A DNA stretch of 55,283 nt from Pseudomonadota bacterium. GTDB lineage: Bacteria > Bdellovibrionota > FAC87 > UBA2466. Shown here in pieces: positions 45,302-54,885 of the stretch. Each line of letters opens with the position of its first letter. The first letter of the stretch is position 1. The notes below the pieces were generated by a model. The model saw only the letters and a list, made by a program, of their open reading frames with translations, was not told the DNA's origin and made no database searches. The stretch spans positions 1-55,283 of the forward strand of contig JAYUGC010000146.1 of assembly GCA_043767805.1 (NCBI GenBank), read 5' to 3'. The position numbers and the translations under genes were made by a program.

Positions 45302-47465
45302 GAGGCGTTCCCCGATATTGGCTTTTCGAAAGTTCCACGAACTTGAACTGCGCTCTGAGCGGCGCGGTTCCCGGTTTCTGAATTATTTTTTTCCAGGTTC
45401 CTTGCGCCGTCAGCTCGCGGGCTTTGACGGTGTCGCCGAGCTGAGTGGGTAGAACCAGCTTCTCCATATACTGGAAAATTTTCTCATCTAGCACGGGAAA
45501 GGCAATCTCAAGACGCTTGAAGAAATTGCGGGGCATCCAGTCGGCGCTGGAAAAATACATCTTTCGAGAGCCTTCGAAATAATACATACGGCTGTGCTCG
45601 AGAAAGCGATCGACGATACTGATGACTCTGATGTTCTTGCTGAGTCCCTCGACTCCCGGAATGAGCGAGCAGGGGCCGCGCACGATCAAATCGATTTTGA
45701 CCCCGAATTGCGAGGCCCGGTAGAGACTGGCGATCACTTGCTCGTCGACGAGGGCGTTCACCTTGGCGACGATGCGCGCGGGCTTTCCTTCGGTGGCCGC
45801 CTTGATTTCCCCTTGAATGAGAGAAAGCAGCCGCTTGTGCAAGTTGGTGGGCGCGAGAACGAGGCACTTGAAGCCATGAGGCATCTGGCCCTTGGAAACC
45901 GCGTCGAAGAATAAGCGGGAATCGTTTCCGATGTCCTGATTCGAAGTCAAAATGGCGAGGTCGGTGTACTGCCGGGCCGTCCGGGCATTGTAATTTCCGG
46001 TGGAAAGATGGGTGTAGTACCGGCGCTTGCCGTTCTCGACCCGAGTGACCAGCGCGATTTTCGCATGCAGCTTGAGCTTGCCGAACCCGAAATTGACCTC
46101 GATGCCGGCTTTCGAAAGCTCTTCCGCGATGGCGAGATTGTTGGATTCGTCGAAGCGAGCCCGCAGCTCGATGAGAATCCGGATCCGCTTTCGCGGCGCC
46201 GCTTCCTTTAAGAACGGCACGATGGGCGAAAGATTGCCAAGCCGATAAATGGTCAGCTCGATGGACTCGACCTTAGGATCCTCGCAGGCGGTCTTGATGA
46301 AGGTGACGATGGCGTCGAAGGAATCAAAGGGATGATGAAGCAGGTAATCCCGTTCACCGAGCCGATCGAAGAGCATGCTCGGATCGTGAAACGGCTCCGG
46401 CATGAACGTTTCGAGCGGAGGATAAACGAGCTGGGCCGCCTGCGGGTGGTGCGCGGTGACCTCGTCGATTACCGTCCACAAGCCTTGCAGACAAAGGGAA
46501 GCGGGGCCCGGCAAAACTTGTCCCGACGTCAGACCGAGGGTCGCTTGGCACTGGCTCAGGAAATCCGCGGAGAAATTTCCCAGGTATTGCAGGCGAACGG
46601 GCCGCCCTTGATCTCTGGCCCGCAAAGTCTCTCGGACAACGTCAGGTGTCGGCTCGGTACCCATTTCCCCGAGATCGGTCGCCTCCGCGTCCCGGGTCAG
46701 CCGGATGATGCCGGGCGCTTCCAAGTTCTTGAAAGGCAGGCCCAGGTACGTGAGGATAAGCGTGTCCAAAAAGAAAAAGTAAGTCCGCTCTTCTTTTTTC
46801 ACCCAGTACATGGGTGGCAGGTTCTCGGGAATGGAAAACCAAGGTCCATCCGGAAAGACGATGGCCATCTGAAGATTACGAAGCTGGCTTAGATGCCGGA
46901 ACTGAAAAGTCTGAGGGGCCGAGATTTCCGGGCGGATCTTTTCGTTGAAGATTTGCCGGCCCAGCTCGAACGTCTTTTCCGATTCACGCGGACCCAGCAC
47001 GATCTTTTGACCGTGGCCATCTAGCTCCGCCGCCACGAAGCCGAGAATCTCGCCTTGGCGCGCGCCGAACTTGGCGACGCTTTCCAAAATCAAATCACGA
47101 ATGCGCTCCAAGTGTTCGAGCTCTTCCGGTTGGTGCTTGTGAAAGAGAATGTCGCGGCTGAGGGACGCGAAACGAATCATGAAAAATTCGTCCAAGTTCG
47201 CGGCGGAGATGGCTAGAAACTTCACTCGCTCACAGGGCAGGTTCTGGCTCGTAGGCCGAGCTTGCTCGAGCACGCGCTCATTGAACTGCAGCCACGAGAG
47301 ATCGCGGTGGATGAGCGGAATTTCCGGATAATCGAGAAGCGAAGGCAATGTCGGCAGCAGCTTCTTGGGCACGAGCCGGAAGCGATTGCCCGCTTCCTTC
47401 GCGGTGAGAAACCGCGGGAAACTCGGGGGAAAAATATCGAATTGAGTTTTCGTCGTGTCGTCCAT
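45294..47465 (-). CDS. ppk1: Polyphosphate kinase 1
   Basis: RDLSWLQFNERVL, NLDEFFMIR, HHPFDSF, ELRARFDE, KLHAK, TGNYN, FLEHSR, SADWMPRN. Start uncertain (47465-47570). Confidence 0.95.
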   Translation of the reverse strand: MDDTTKTQFDIFPPSFPRFLTAKEAGNRFRLVPKKLLPTLPSLLDYPEIPLIHRDLSWLQFNERVLEQARPTSQNLPCERVKFLAISAANLDEFFMIRFASLSRDILFHKHQPEELEHLERIRDLILESVAKFGARQGEILGFVAAELDGHGQKIVLGPRESEKTFELGRQIFNEKIRPEISAPQTFQFRHLSQLRNLQMAIVFPDGPWFSIPENLPPMYWVKKEERTYFFFLDTLILTYLGLPFKNLEAPGIIRLTRDAEATDLGEMGTEPTPDVVRETLRARDQGRPVRLQYLGNFSADFLSQCQATLGLTSGQVLPGPASLCLQGLWTVIDEVTAHHPQAAQLVYPPLETFMPEPFHDPSMLFDRLGERDYLLHHPFDSFDAIVTFIKTACEDPKVESIELTIYRLGNLSPIVPFLKEAAPRKRIRILIELRARFDESNNLAIAEELSKAGIEVNFGFGKLKLHAKIALVTRVENGKRRYYTHLSTGNYNARTARQYTDLAILTSNQDIGNDSRLFFDAVSKGQMPHGFKCLVLAPTNLHKRLLSLIQGEIKAATEGKPARIVAKVNALVDEQVIASLYRASQFGVKIDLIVRGPCSLIPGVEGLSKNIRVISIVDRFLEHSRMYYFEGSRKMYFSSADWMPRNFFKRLEIAFPVLDEKIFQYMEKLVLPTQLGDTVKARELTAQGTWKKIIQKPGTAPLRAQFKFVELSKSQYRGTPLE

Positions 47466-47674
47466 TTTAGCCGGGGATCCTAACCTTTTGATCTCTTCGG
47501 AGGTAACAGATTTGCCTTTTCTCGACCACGGACATGATGCGCCATGACAAAGGCTAGAGTTTCTCAGCACTTAAGTTGTGGGGGTAGTTAAGGGGGGCCT
47601 CTCTTTATTAGGTAAAGAGAACTTTTAAGCGGCTTCTTCCCCTCATTAAGAGGCTATCCATTAGAATAGGGGGA

Positions 47675-48475
47675 ATGCCTTTTCTTGCGCTTCTCTCAAT
47701 CGGACTTCTTCTTACCGAAGCCGCGCTCGCTTGTAGCTGCATCCCATCGAAAAATACCGCCGAAGCCTGGAAGCAGGCCGATGCGGTTTTCGCGGGACGG
47801 GTGCTCACTTTGAAGAAGACGGGAACTCAGGACAGGTACGCGACTCAAGTGGACTTCGAGGTCATCGAGCCTTGGAAAGGGATCTCGGAAAAGCGCGTTT
47901 CCGTGCGCACCGGCCAGAGCGCTGACGATTGCGGTTATCCCTTTAAGAGCGGTCAGCGCTACTTGGTCTTCGCCTTTGGCACGGATGATCTGAAAGTGGA
48001 TACGTGCACGCGTACGGTGGAGCTCGAAGTCGCGAAACCGGACGTGAAGTATCTAAAGAAGAAGGTTCTGGCGGAAGCGAAGTTCAAGGCGAACCCGGCG
48101 AGTGAAAAGAAACTTTTCTGGGAGTTTCATAAGAAGGACTTGAGCTCCATCCTGCAAATGATTCTCGACGACGAGCGCCTCGATCGTTATTTCAAGGTGG
48201 AGTCGAAGCCCGATCGCAAGCCGTTAGTGGTGCTGACCAATAAGTACACCAAACAAATCCCAAAACTTCAAAAGTTCGGGGAGCCCGTTCGCTTCCTGGA
48301 GCGCAGAAAAACTAATATGAAGACTCCGCTCTTTGATTTCTCGGAGATTACGTTCGAGAAAGACTCGGCCCTTGTCCGCTTTTTTTATACGGCGGAAAAC
48401 GTCCGGGGCGAAGTGGGGCTTCAGAAGGCCGACGCCGGTTGGCGGATTTTGCGTTACGATCTGATTGAGCAATGA
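47675..48475 (+). CDS. Secreted TIMP/NTR-like domain protein with a second C-terminal domain
   Basis: ALA|CSC, ADAVFAGRV, SADDCGYPF..G.RYLVFA, DTCTRT. Confidence 0.78.
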   Translation: MPFLALLSIGLLLTEAALACSCIPSKNTAEAWKQADAVFAGRVLTLKKTGTQDRYATQVDFEVIEPWKGISEKRVSVRTGQSADDCGYPFKSGQRYLVFAFGTDDLKVDTCTRTVELEVAKPDVKYLKKKVLAEAKFKANPASEKKLFWEFHKKDLSSILQMILDDERLDRYFKVESKPDRKPLVVLTNKYTKQIPKLQKFGEPVRFLERRKTNMKTPLFDFSEITFEKDSALVRFFYTAENVRGEVGLQKADAGWRILRYDLIEQ

Positions 48476-48493
48476 ACTCTCTAAGCGGAGCGC

Positions 48494-48712
48494 TCAGGCG
48501 TTCCAGCCCCGGAGCCAGCCGCCCGGTTTGCCGTGGAGAGTGAGCGCGAGGGTCTTGCCCTTTTTTTGAAACAGATCGCGTCCCAGTTCCTCTTCGAGGC
48601 TCGAAATGGAGTGGCTCAGCGTGCTCGGACTTACCCCGAGCACGCGGGCCGCGCGCCCTAAATGCTGCTGCTTGGCCGCTTCCACGAAATAAGAGAGCTG
48701 ATCGAATTTCAT
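48494..48712 (-). pseudogene. Truncated LysR-type regulator (HTH only)
   Basis: QLSYFVEAAKQQHLGRAARVLGVSPSTLSHSISSLEEELGRDLF..KGK...LTLHG followed by a stop after 72 aa; no effector-binding domain. Confidence 0.75.
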
Positions 48713-48861
48713 GATCCGAATATAGAGAGACGCAAAGGAAAGAACAGATCTTTGTCCGGATTCTATGCCACGCTGTATCAGCTTGATCTCTCGGGGGCAC
48801 GCCCTTGCCAAAGCCCTGAGAACGCTGAATGATTCCTTCCACGACAACGAGGAGGCGGCAC

Positions 48862-50241
48862 TTGGGTTTGGAATCTCTCGGTCCCTGGAAACCGGCGGAC
48901 GTCATTAATGAGATCCGGTCGCTACACGTTCCCAAAGTTAAGGTCGCCGTCACCGACGTGGATGGCATTCTCCGCGGCAAATACCTGCTCAAGGAAAAAT
49001 TCCTCAAAGCCGCCGAAGGGGGCATGGGATTTTGTAACGTCGTTCTCGGCTGGGATTGCAACGATCAGGTTTACGACAATACGACCTATACCGGCTGGCA
49101 TACCGGATACCCGGACGCCGCGGTCAGGCTCGATCTGTCGACCTATCGGCGGGTGCCCTGGGACAACCAAGTTCCCTTCTTCTTGGGAGAGTTCGTGGAC
49201 GGCAAGGGCGCGCCCCTCGGCGTATGTCCGCGCCAGCTCGTCAAACGGGCCATCGGCCGGGCGAAGAGCGCCGGCTTCGAGCCGCAAATCGGCGTCGAGT
49301 ACGAATGGTTCAATTTCCGGGAGACGCCGCAGACGCTCGATCAGAAAAACCATCAGAGCCCCGAGCCTCTGACGCCGGGAATGTTCGGCTATTCCATTTT
49401 ACGATCAAGCCTGAATCGGCCGTTTTTCAACGCGCTGATGGATCAGATGCTCGATTTCCGGATTCCCATCGAGGGACTTCACACCGAAACGGGTCCTGGA
49501 GTCATTGAAGCCGCCCTTCTCTATTCGGAGGCGCTGGAAGCCGCCGATCGGGCGGTGCTTTTCAAGACCGCGGTCAAAGAGATCGCCTACCAGCACCAAA
49601 TCCTGCCGAGCTTCATGGCGCGGTGGAATACGAAGCTCCCCGGATCGGGCGGGCATATCCACCAAAGCCTCCTGAATACGGACGGCACTAACGCGTTTTT
49701 CGACGACAAAGACCCGAATAAGATGAGCGCGATCTTCAAGAGCTATCTCGCGGGCCAGATGCATTGCCTGCCTGAAATACTTCCGCTGTTCGCGCCCAAT
49801 GTGAATAGCTTCAAGCGGCTGGTCGAAGGGTATTGGGCTCCGACTCGAGTCCTCTGGGCCATCGACAACCGCTCGGCGGCTTTCCGGGTGATCCCGGGCG
49901 GAAAAAACGGCACTCGCCTGGAGACCCGGGTGGGCGGAGCCGACATCAACGCCTACCTCGCGGTCGGTGCCGCCATTGCGAGCGGGATGTACGGCATCGA
50001 GAACAAGCTTACGCTGAAAGACGAGCCTGTGACGGGGAATGCCTACAAGGTCGAGAAAGGCGTGCGGCTACCGAAGAATCTTCTCGAAGCGACGGAGAAG
50101 TTCGAGCGCTCAGCCATCGCCCGTGAGCTTTTTGGAGCCGAGTTCGTCGAGCATTTCGCCAAGTCCCGCGAATGGGAATGGCGGCAATCCCAGCAGGCAG
50201 TGACCGATTGGGAGCTGAAACGTTATTTCGAGATCATTTGA
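48862..50241 (+). CDS. Glutamine synthetase-like gamma-glutamyl-amine ligase (PuuA/GlnA4-like)
   Basis: DVDGILRGK, GVEYEW, HTETGPGVIE, GSGGHIHQS, NSFKRL, DNRSAAFR, RLETR. TTG at 48862 follows a GAGGAGG RBS (alternative ATG at 48829). Confidence 0.9.
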   Translation: MGLESLGPWKPADVINEIRSLHVPKVKVAVTDVDGILRGKYLLKEKFLKAAEGGMGFCNVVLGWDCNDQVYDNTTYTGWHTGYPDAAVRLDLSTYRRVPWDNQVPFFLGEFVDGKGAPLGVCPRQLVKRAIGRAKSAGFEPQIGVEYEWFNFRETPQTLDQKNHQSPEPLTPGMFGYSILRSSLNRPFFNALMDQMLDFRIPIEGLHTETGPGVIEAALLYSEALEAADRAVLFKTAVKEIAYQHQILPSFMARWNTKLPGSGGHIHQSLLNTDGTNAFFDDKDPNKMSAIFKSYLAGQMHCLPEILPLFAPNVNSFKRLVEGYWAPTRVLWAIDNRSAAFRVIPGGKNGTRLETRVGGADINAYLAVGAAIASGMYGIENKLTLKDEPVTGNAYKVEKGVRLPKNLLEATEKFERSAIARELFGAEFVEHFAKSREWEWRQSQQAVTDWELKRYFEII

Positions 50242-50252
50242 GGCCCACTCTT

Positions 50253-51380
50253 ATGGAACGCGCTCAATTCAATTATCCGACTACCATACTCTTCGGTCCA
50301 GGCGTTCGCGATCGGCTCGGCAATGAGGCGAAAACTCGCGGGCTTACGCGAGTGTTGGTAGTCGCGGATCGGTCGGTAGTGAAACTTCCTTTTCTCCCGC
50401 AAATCTTGGCTTCGTTGGAAGCCGCTGGAGTCGCCGCGAAGACTTTTTCCGAGTTCGAGGGAAATCCGGTCGAGAGCCACGTGATAGCCGGCGTGAAGGC
50501 TTACCGGGATCACAAGGCCCAGGGCTTTGTCGCCATCGGCGGCGGCGCCGTAATGGACGTTGCTAAGGCGATTGCCGTCCTTGTGAATCATCCGGGCGGG
50601 CTTTTCGAATATGAGGATCGTCCGGGCGCAAAGCCCATCGATCAAGCGATCCCGCCCATTCTCGCGCTTCCGACCACGGCGGGAACCGGCAGCGAAGTAG
50701 GGCGAAGCACCGTCATTTCCGACGATAAAACCCGCGCGAAGAAAATTGTTTTCCATCCAAAGCTCATGCCCGCGGTGGTGCTCGCCGATCCTGAATTGAC
50801 CTTGGGGCTACCGCCTAAAGTCACCGCGGCCACCGGCATGGACGCCCTCACCCATTGTGTCGAAAGCTTTCTCGCCAAGGGCTATCACCCCATGGCGGAC
50901 GGGATTGCTTTGGAAGGCGTACGCCTCATCGCGAAGTATCTCGCCAAAGCGGTCGAGAACGGCGCGGATCTCGAGGCGCGCGGCAATATGCTCATGGCCT
51001 CCATGATGGGCGCGGTGGCTTTTCAAAAAGGACTGGGCATCACGCACTCCTGCGCGCACGCGCTCTCCACCGTTCACGACTTGCATCATGGGCTTGCGAA
51101 CGGTGTCATGCTTCCTTATTGCCTCGAGTTCAATTTGCCCAACAACCGTGAGAAATTCATTGCGCTCTCGAGAGCCGTCGGCGCGGACGGGGAACGCGGA
51201 TTTTTGGACTGGCTGAAAGCGCTTCGCCGCCGCATCGGGATTCCGGACAAGCTTTCGGAGCTCGGCGTGCGTTCCACCGACGGTCTGCTCGAAGTCGCCT
51301 GGAACGATCCATGTCACCAGTGCAATCCGCGCTCACCGACCCGGGAAGATTTCGTACGCATCTATAAAGAGGCCATCTGA
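50253..51380 (+). CDS. Iron-containing alcohol dehydrogenase
   Basis: GGGAVMD, PTTAGTGSE, GMDALTHCVE, HSCAH, HHGLAN. Start at the ATG 50253. Confidence 0.93.
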   Translation: MERAQFNYPTTILFGPGVRDRLGNEAKTRGLTRVLVVADRSVVKLPFLPQILASLEAAGVAAKTFSEFEGNPVESHVIAGVKAYRDHKAQGFVAIGGGAVMDVAKAIAVLVNHPGGLFEYEDRPGAKPIDQAIPPILALPTTAGTGSEVGRSTVISDDKTRAKKIVFHPKLMPAVVLADPELTLGLPPKVTAATGMDALTHCVESFLAKGYHPMADGIALEGVRLIAKYLAKAVENGADLEARGNMLMASMMGAVAFQKGLGITHSCAHALSTVHDLHHGLANGVMLPYCLEFNLPNNREKFIALSRAVGADGERGFLDWLKALRRRIGIPDKLSELGVRSTDGLLEVAWNDPCHQCNPRSPTREDFVRIYKEAI

Positions 51381-51383
51381 GGC

Positions 51384-52751
51384 ATGTTTAACGTGGTGAA
51401 TCCCGCCGACGAGTCGGTGATTGCCGAGCTGAGAGAAGACGAGGCCAGTGACGTCAGCCGCAAGTATCTGAGCGCCTCCACGGCTCAGAGGAAGTGGGCC
51501 GGCGTTGCCTACTCCGAGCGCGCGGCCTTATTAAAGAAATTTGGATCCCTTATCGCTTCCCGCAAAGAAGAGTGCGCGAAAGTGCTCTCCTCCGAAATGG
51601 GAAAGCCCATTGTGCAGGCGCGGCGCGAGATTGAAGGCGTCGCCGGGCGGCTGGAATATTTTTTGAGGAAAATTCCCGAAGTGCTCGCGCCCGAAACGGT
51701 ATTTCAGGATGCGAAGATGACCGAGCGTATCGACTACGCCCCCCTCGGTATCATCGGAAACATCTCGGCTTGGAATTATCCGTATTTCGTTGGCTCCAAC
51801 GTATTTCTACCCGCGCTTCTGACGGGGAACGCCGTGCTTTATAAGCCTTCCGAGCTGACCTCACTCACGGGAATCAAGATCGGTGAGCTCCTGCTCGAAG
51901 CCGGATTGCCGGGAGGCGTGTTTCAAGTGGTACTGGGCGGAGGCGCGGCGGGCAAAGCGCTTTTGGATCAGCCTCTCGACGGTATCTATTTCACGGGCTC
52001 CTATGAAACGGGCGTGCGGATTTCTCAGGCGGCCTCGGCAAAGCTCATGCGGCTTCAGCTGGAGCTGGGCGGAAAAGATCCGACGTACGTTTGCGAAGAC
52101 GCCGACGTGGTAGCCGCGGCAAAATCGCTCGCCGACGGGGCTTTCTACAATACCGGACAAAGTTGCTGCTCCGTGGAGCGCATTTACGTGCACGAGTCGG
52201 TGCAAGCCCGTTTCGTCGAGGAGTTCGTCAAAGAGGTTAAGAGCTTTGTCGTTGGGCCGCCGTCCGATGAGAAGACCTATATTGGCCCTCTGGCCCGCCA
52301 AGCGCAGCTCGCCGTTCTCGAGCGGCAAGTTAAAGACGCCGTCGACAAGGGAGCGCAGCTGCTGCTCGGCGGCCGTCGCCGGCCCGGCCCCGGCTATTAT
52401 TTCGAGCCCACGGTTTTGACGGAAGTGACCCACGCCATGGAGCTCATGCGGGAAGAATCTTTCGGCCCGGTCATCGGCATTCAGAGAGTCTCGGGAGACG
52501 CCGAGGCCATCGAGAAAATGAACGATACCGATTACGGCCTGACGGCGGGCGTTTATACACGCTCGAAAGCTCGCGCCGAGGCGATTCTCACAAAGGTCAA
52601 CGCGGGTTCGGTTTATTGGAATTGCTGCGATCGAGTGAGCCCCCGCTTACCTTGGTCGGGTCATGGGCACTCGGGCGTGGGTACTACCCTTTCTCAACAC
52701 GGTATTTTTTCTTTCGTTAGACCGAAGGCGTTTCACTTGGCGGTTCCATGA
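51384..52751 (+). CDS. Aldehyde dehydrogenase
   Basis: AWNYP, KPSE, FTGS, LELGGKD, GQSCCS, EESFGP, YGLTAG. Confidence 0.95.
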   Translation: MFNVVNPADESVIAELREDEASDVSRKYLSASTAQRKWAGVAYSERAALLKKFGSLIASRKEECAKVLSSEMGKPIVQARREIEGVAGRLEYFLRKIPEVLAPETVFQDAKMTERIDYAPLGIIGNISAWNYPYFVGSNVFLPALLTGNAVLYKPSELTSLTGIKIGELLLEAGLPGGVFQVVLGGGAAGKALLDQPLDGIYFTGSYETGVRISQAASAKLMRLQLELGGKDPTYVCEDADVVAAAKSLADGAFYNTGQSCCSVERIYVHESVQARFVEEFVKEVKSFVVGPPSDEKTYIGPLARQAQLAVLERQVKDAVDKGAQLLLGGRRRPGPGYYFEPTVLTEVTHAMELMREESFGPVIGIQRVSGDAEAIEKMNDTDYGLTAGVYTRSKARAEAILTKVNAGSVYWNCCDRVSPRLPWSGHGHSGVGTTLSQHGIFSFVRPKAFHLAVP

Positions 52752-53407
52752 AGTGGATAGGTTTTTTGACTCTGTTTCTGTCGGGAGTAACCATGGGTAA
52801 GACGGTCGATGACGTCGTGAAACTATATGGGCCCCCCGCCGAAAAGACCTTCAAGGAAATGTTCGCCAAGCAGATGATGGCGTACCCGCCGAAGAAAATC
52901 GCCTTTCTCGCTTTCAAAAAAGAAAAGCTGTTCGAGCTGTGGGCGGAGAACGACGGCAAGTGGCGCTTCGTGCATGCGTATCAAATCAAAGCGGCAAGCG
53001 GAATGGCCGGGCCGAAACTGCGCGAAGGCGACTTGCAGGTGCCGGAAGGCCTCTATCGCATCAGCGTTTTGAACCCGAACAGCAGTTACCATCTTTCCAT
53101 GCGGCTCAACTACCCCAATGCGTTCGATCAGGCGAAAGCTAAGTTGGAAAAGCGGCAGCACTTGGGCGGCGACATCTATATTCACGGTAAAGATGTTTCC
53201 ATCGGCTGTATCGCTCTTGGCGACGACGCCATCGAGGATCTCTTCTATCTGGTGGCTAAGATGGGTAAAGAAAATGTCGACGTCCTCGTCGCGCCGATGG
53301 ATTTCCGGCTGCCTAACGAAATGCCGAAGCTTCGCTATGAGCCGCCTTGGCTCAAAGAGCTCTACGACGGCATCAAGAAAGAGCTCGCCCGGTTTCCCCT
53401 AAAGTAG
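52748..53407 (+). CDS. L,D-transpeptidase family (YkuD; DpaA/LdtF-like) protein
   Basis: GPKLREGDLQVPEGLY, NPNSSYHLS..LNYPN, IYIHG...SIGCIA. Confidence 0.88.
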   Translation: MKWIGFLTLFLSGVTMGKTVDDVVKLYGPPAEKTFKEMFAKQMMAYPPKKIAFLAFKKEKLFELWAENDGKWRFVHAYQIKAASGMAGPKLREGDLQVPEGLYRISVLNPNSSYHLSMRLNYPNAFDQAKAKLEKRQHLGGDIYIHGKDVSIGCIALGDDAIEDLFYLVAKMGKENVDVLVAPMDFRLPNEMPKLRYEPPWLKELYDGIKKELARFPLK

Positions 53408-53490
53408 TTGGTGAGCCGTTTTCCTCCTCGGCTGCGCGTTTGTTGTTGGAAGGACAACAGGAGACGACACCATGACGAGAGCTCCTTCGT

Positions 53491-53688
53491 ATGGCGGGCT
53501 TCGAGGAAGGGACTTATCGATCGCAAATCGAGCTGGTCACTTCCCACAAGGCGGGCGGCTTTCGTCCCGCCGATCGCGGCGCGCTCAGTTTCGAATGGCG
53601 CGACTACTTTTTTTGTTTGGATTTTGTAGACGATCCTTTGGCCCGTGAGCCAAAGGAGCACCGCCGCTATCACTACCTGTTGTGGTGA
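53491..53688 (+). CDS. Small hypothetical protein, possibly a frameshifted remnant
   Basis: 65-aa ORF filling the gap up to the purT stop; the best RBS plus ATG (53472) is in a different frame. Confidence 0.3.
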   Translation: MAGFEEGTYRSQIELVTSHKAGGFRPADRGALSFEWRDYFFCLDFVDDPLAREPKEHRRYHYLLW

Positions 53689-54852
53689 TTAAGGGTAAAG
53701 GATTTCCACTCGATCCGCGGCCTTCTTGGCCAGCGCTCGGGCGGCTTTCGTGTCCTTCGCGGTAGCGAGGGCCACTCCCATGCGTCGGTATTTGCGAGAG
53801 TCCGGCTTACGGAAAATCCGTACGTCGGTATTCTTGAGCGAGAGAGCTTTGTCGAGGCCTCGGTAACTGACGGAGGCTGCTTCCCGATCCGCCAAGATGA
53901 CGGCGGAGGCGGAGGCGCTCCGGTAATTGATGAGAGGGATCGGTAAGCCCAGTATGGCCCGAGCGTGCAGATCGAATTCGGAAAGATCCTGGGAAATCAA
54001 CGTAACCATACCCGTGTCGTGAGGACGCGGAGAAAGCTCAGAGAAAATGACTTCCTTCTTCGTTAGAAAAAATTCAACGCCAAAGACTCCGGCTCCGCCC
54101 AAGCGGTCGGTGACAATCTTCGCCATTCTTTGGGCGGCTTTCAGCTGGACCGGGCGAACCAACGCCGGCATCCAGGATTCCTGGTAGTCGCCTCGCTCCT
54201 GCCGGTGGCCGATGGGGCGCACGAAAAGCGTCGGGCCCTTGCGCTGGCGGATGGTGAGCAAAGTTATCTCGAGCTCGAAGGCAATGAACTCCTCGACGAT
54301 GACTTTGGTTCCGCCCGTGCGTCCGGCGGTGACGGCGTAGTCCCAAGCCGCGCGCAGATCGGCCGCTTTTTTTACCGTCGACTGGCCTTTGCCCGAAGAC
54401 GACATGCAGGGCTTCACTACGACGGGATATCCGATGAGCGCCGTTTCGCGCTCGAGGGCTTCAAAGGAATCGGCATAAGCGTACTTCGCCGTGCGAAGCT
54501 TGAGCTCACGGGAGGCGACGTCGCGGATGGCATCTCGGTTCATGGTGAGGTGAGTCGCTTCCGCAGTGGGGATTACCGTATAGCCGGCTTGCTCGAAGGC
54601 TTTGAGCTTCTCGGTGCGGATAGCCTCAATCTCGGGGACGATGAGATCCGGCTTGTGCTTTTCGACCACGCTCGCGAGTTGGGCTGCGTCGAGCATGTTG
54701 ATGACTTCGAACGCGTCTGCCACCTGCATGGCTGGCGCGTTAGGGTACTTATCGACGGCGATGACGAATTTGCCGAGCCGCTTCAACGAAATAACTAACT
54801 CACGGCCCAATTCGCCCGAGCCCAAGAGCAAAATCCGATCCGGCACCTTCAT
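53689..54852 (-). CDS. purT: Formate-dependent phosphoribosylglycinamide formyltransferase
   Basis: [53 protein letters not shown]. Confidence 0.97.
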   Translation of the reverse strand: MKVPDRILLLGSGELGRELVISLKRLGKFVIAVDKYPNAPAMQVADAFEVINMLDAAQLASVVEKHKPDLIVPEIEAIRTEKLKAFEQAGYTVIPTAEATHLTMNRDAIRDVASRELKLRTAKYAYADSFEALERETALIGYPVVVKPCMSSSGKGQSTVKKAADLRAAWDYAVTAGRTGGTKVIVEEFIAFELEITLLTIRQRKGPTLFVRPIGHRQERGDYQESWMPALVRPVQLKAAQRMAKIVTDRLGGAGVFGVEFFLTKKEVIFSELSPRPHDTGMVTLISQDLSEFDLHARAILGLPIPLINYRSASASAVILADREAASVSYRGLDKALSLKNTDVRIFRKPDSRKYRRMGVALATAKDTKAARALAKKAADRVEILYP

Positions 54853-54885
54853 TTAAGCCTCCCGAAGTGAGACACTATATAGCTG

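Noticed and set aside
48862..50241. Calling this gene canonical glnA
   Set aside because: It lacks the typical GSI FDGSS motif and lies with an ADH and ALDH; a GS-like ligase is more likely, so no symbol was assigned.
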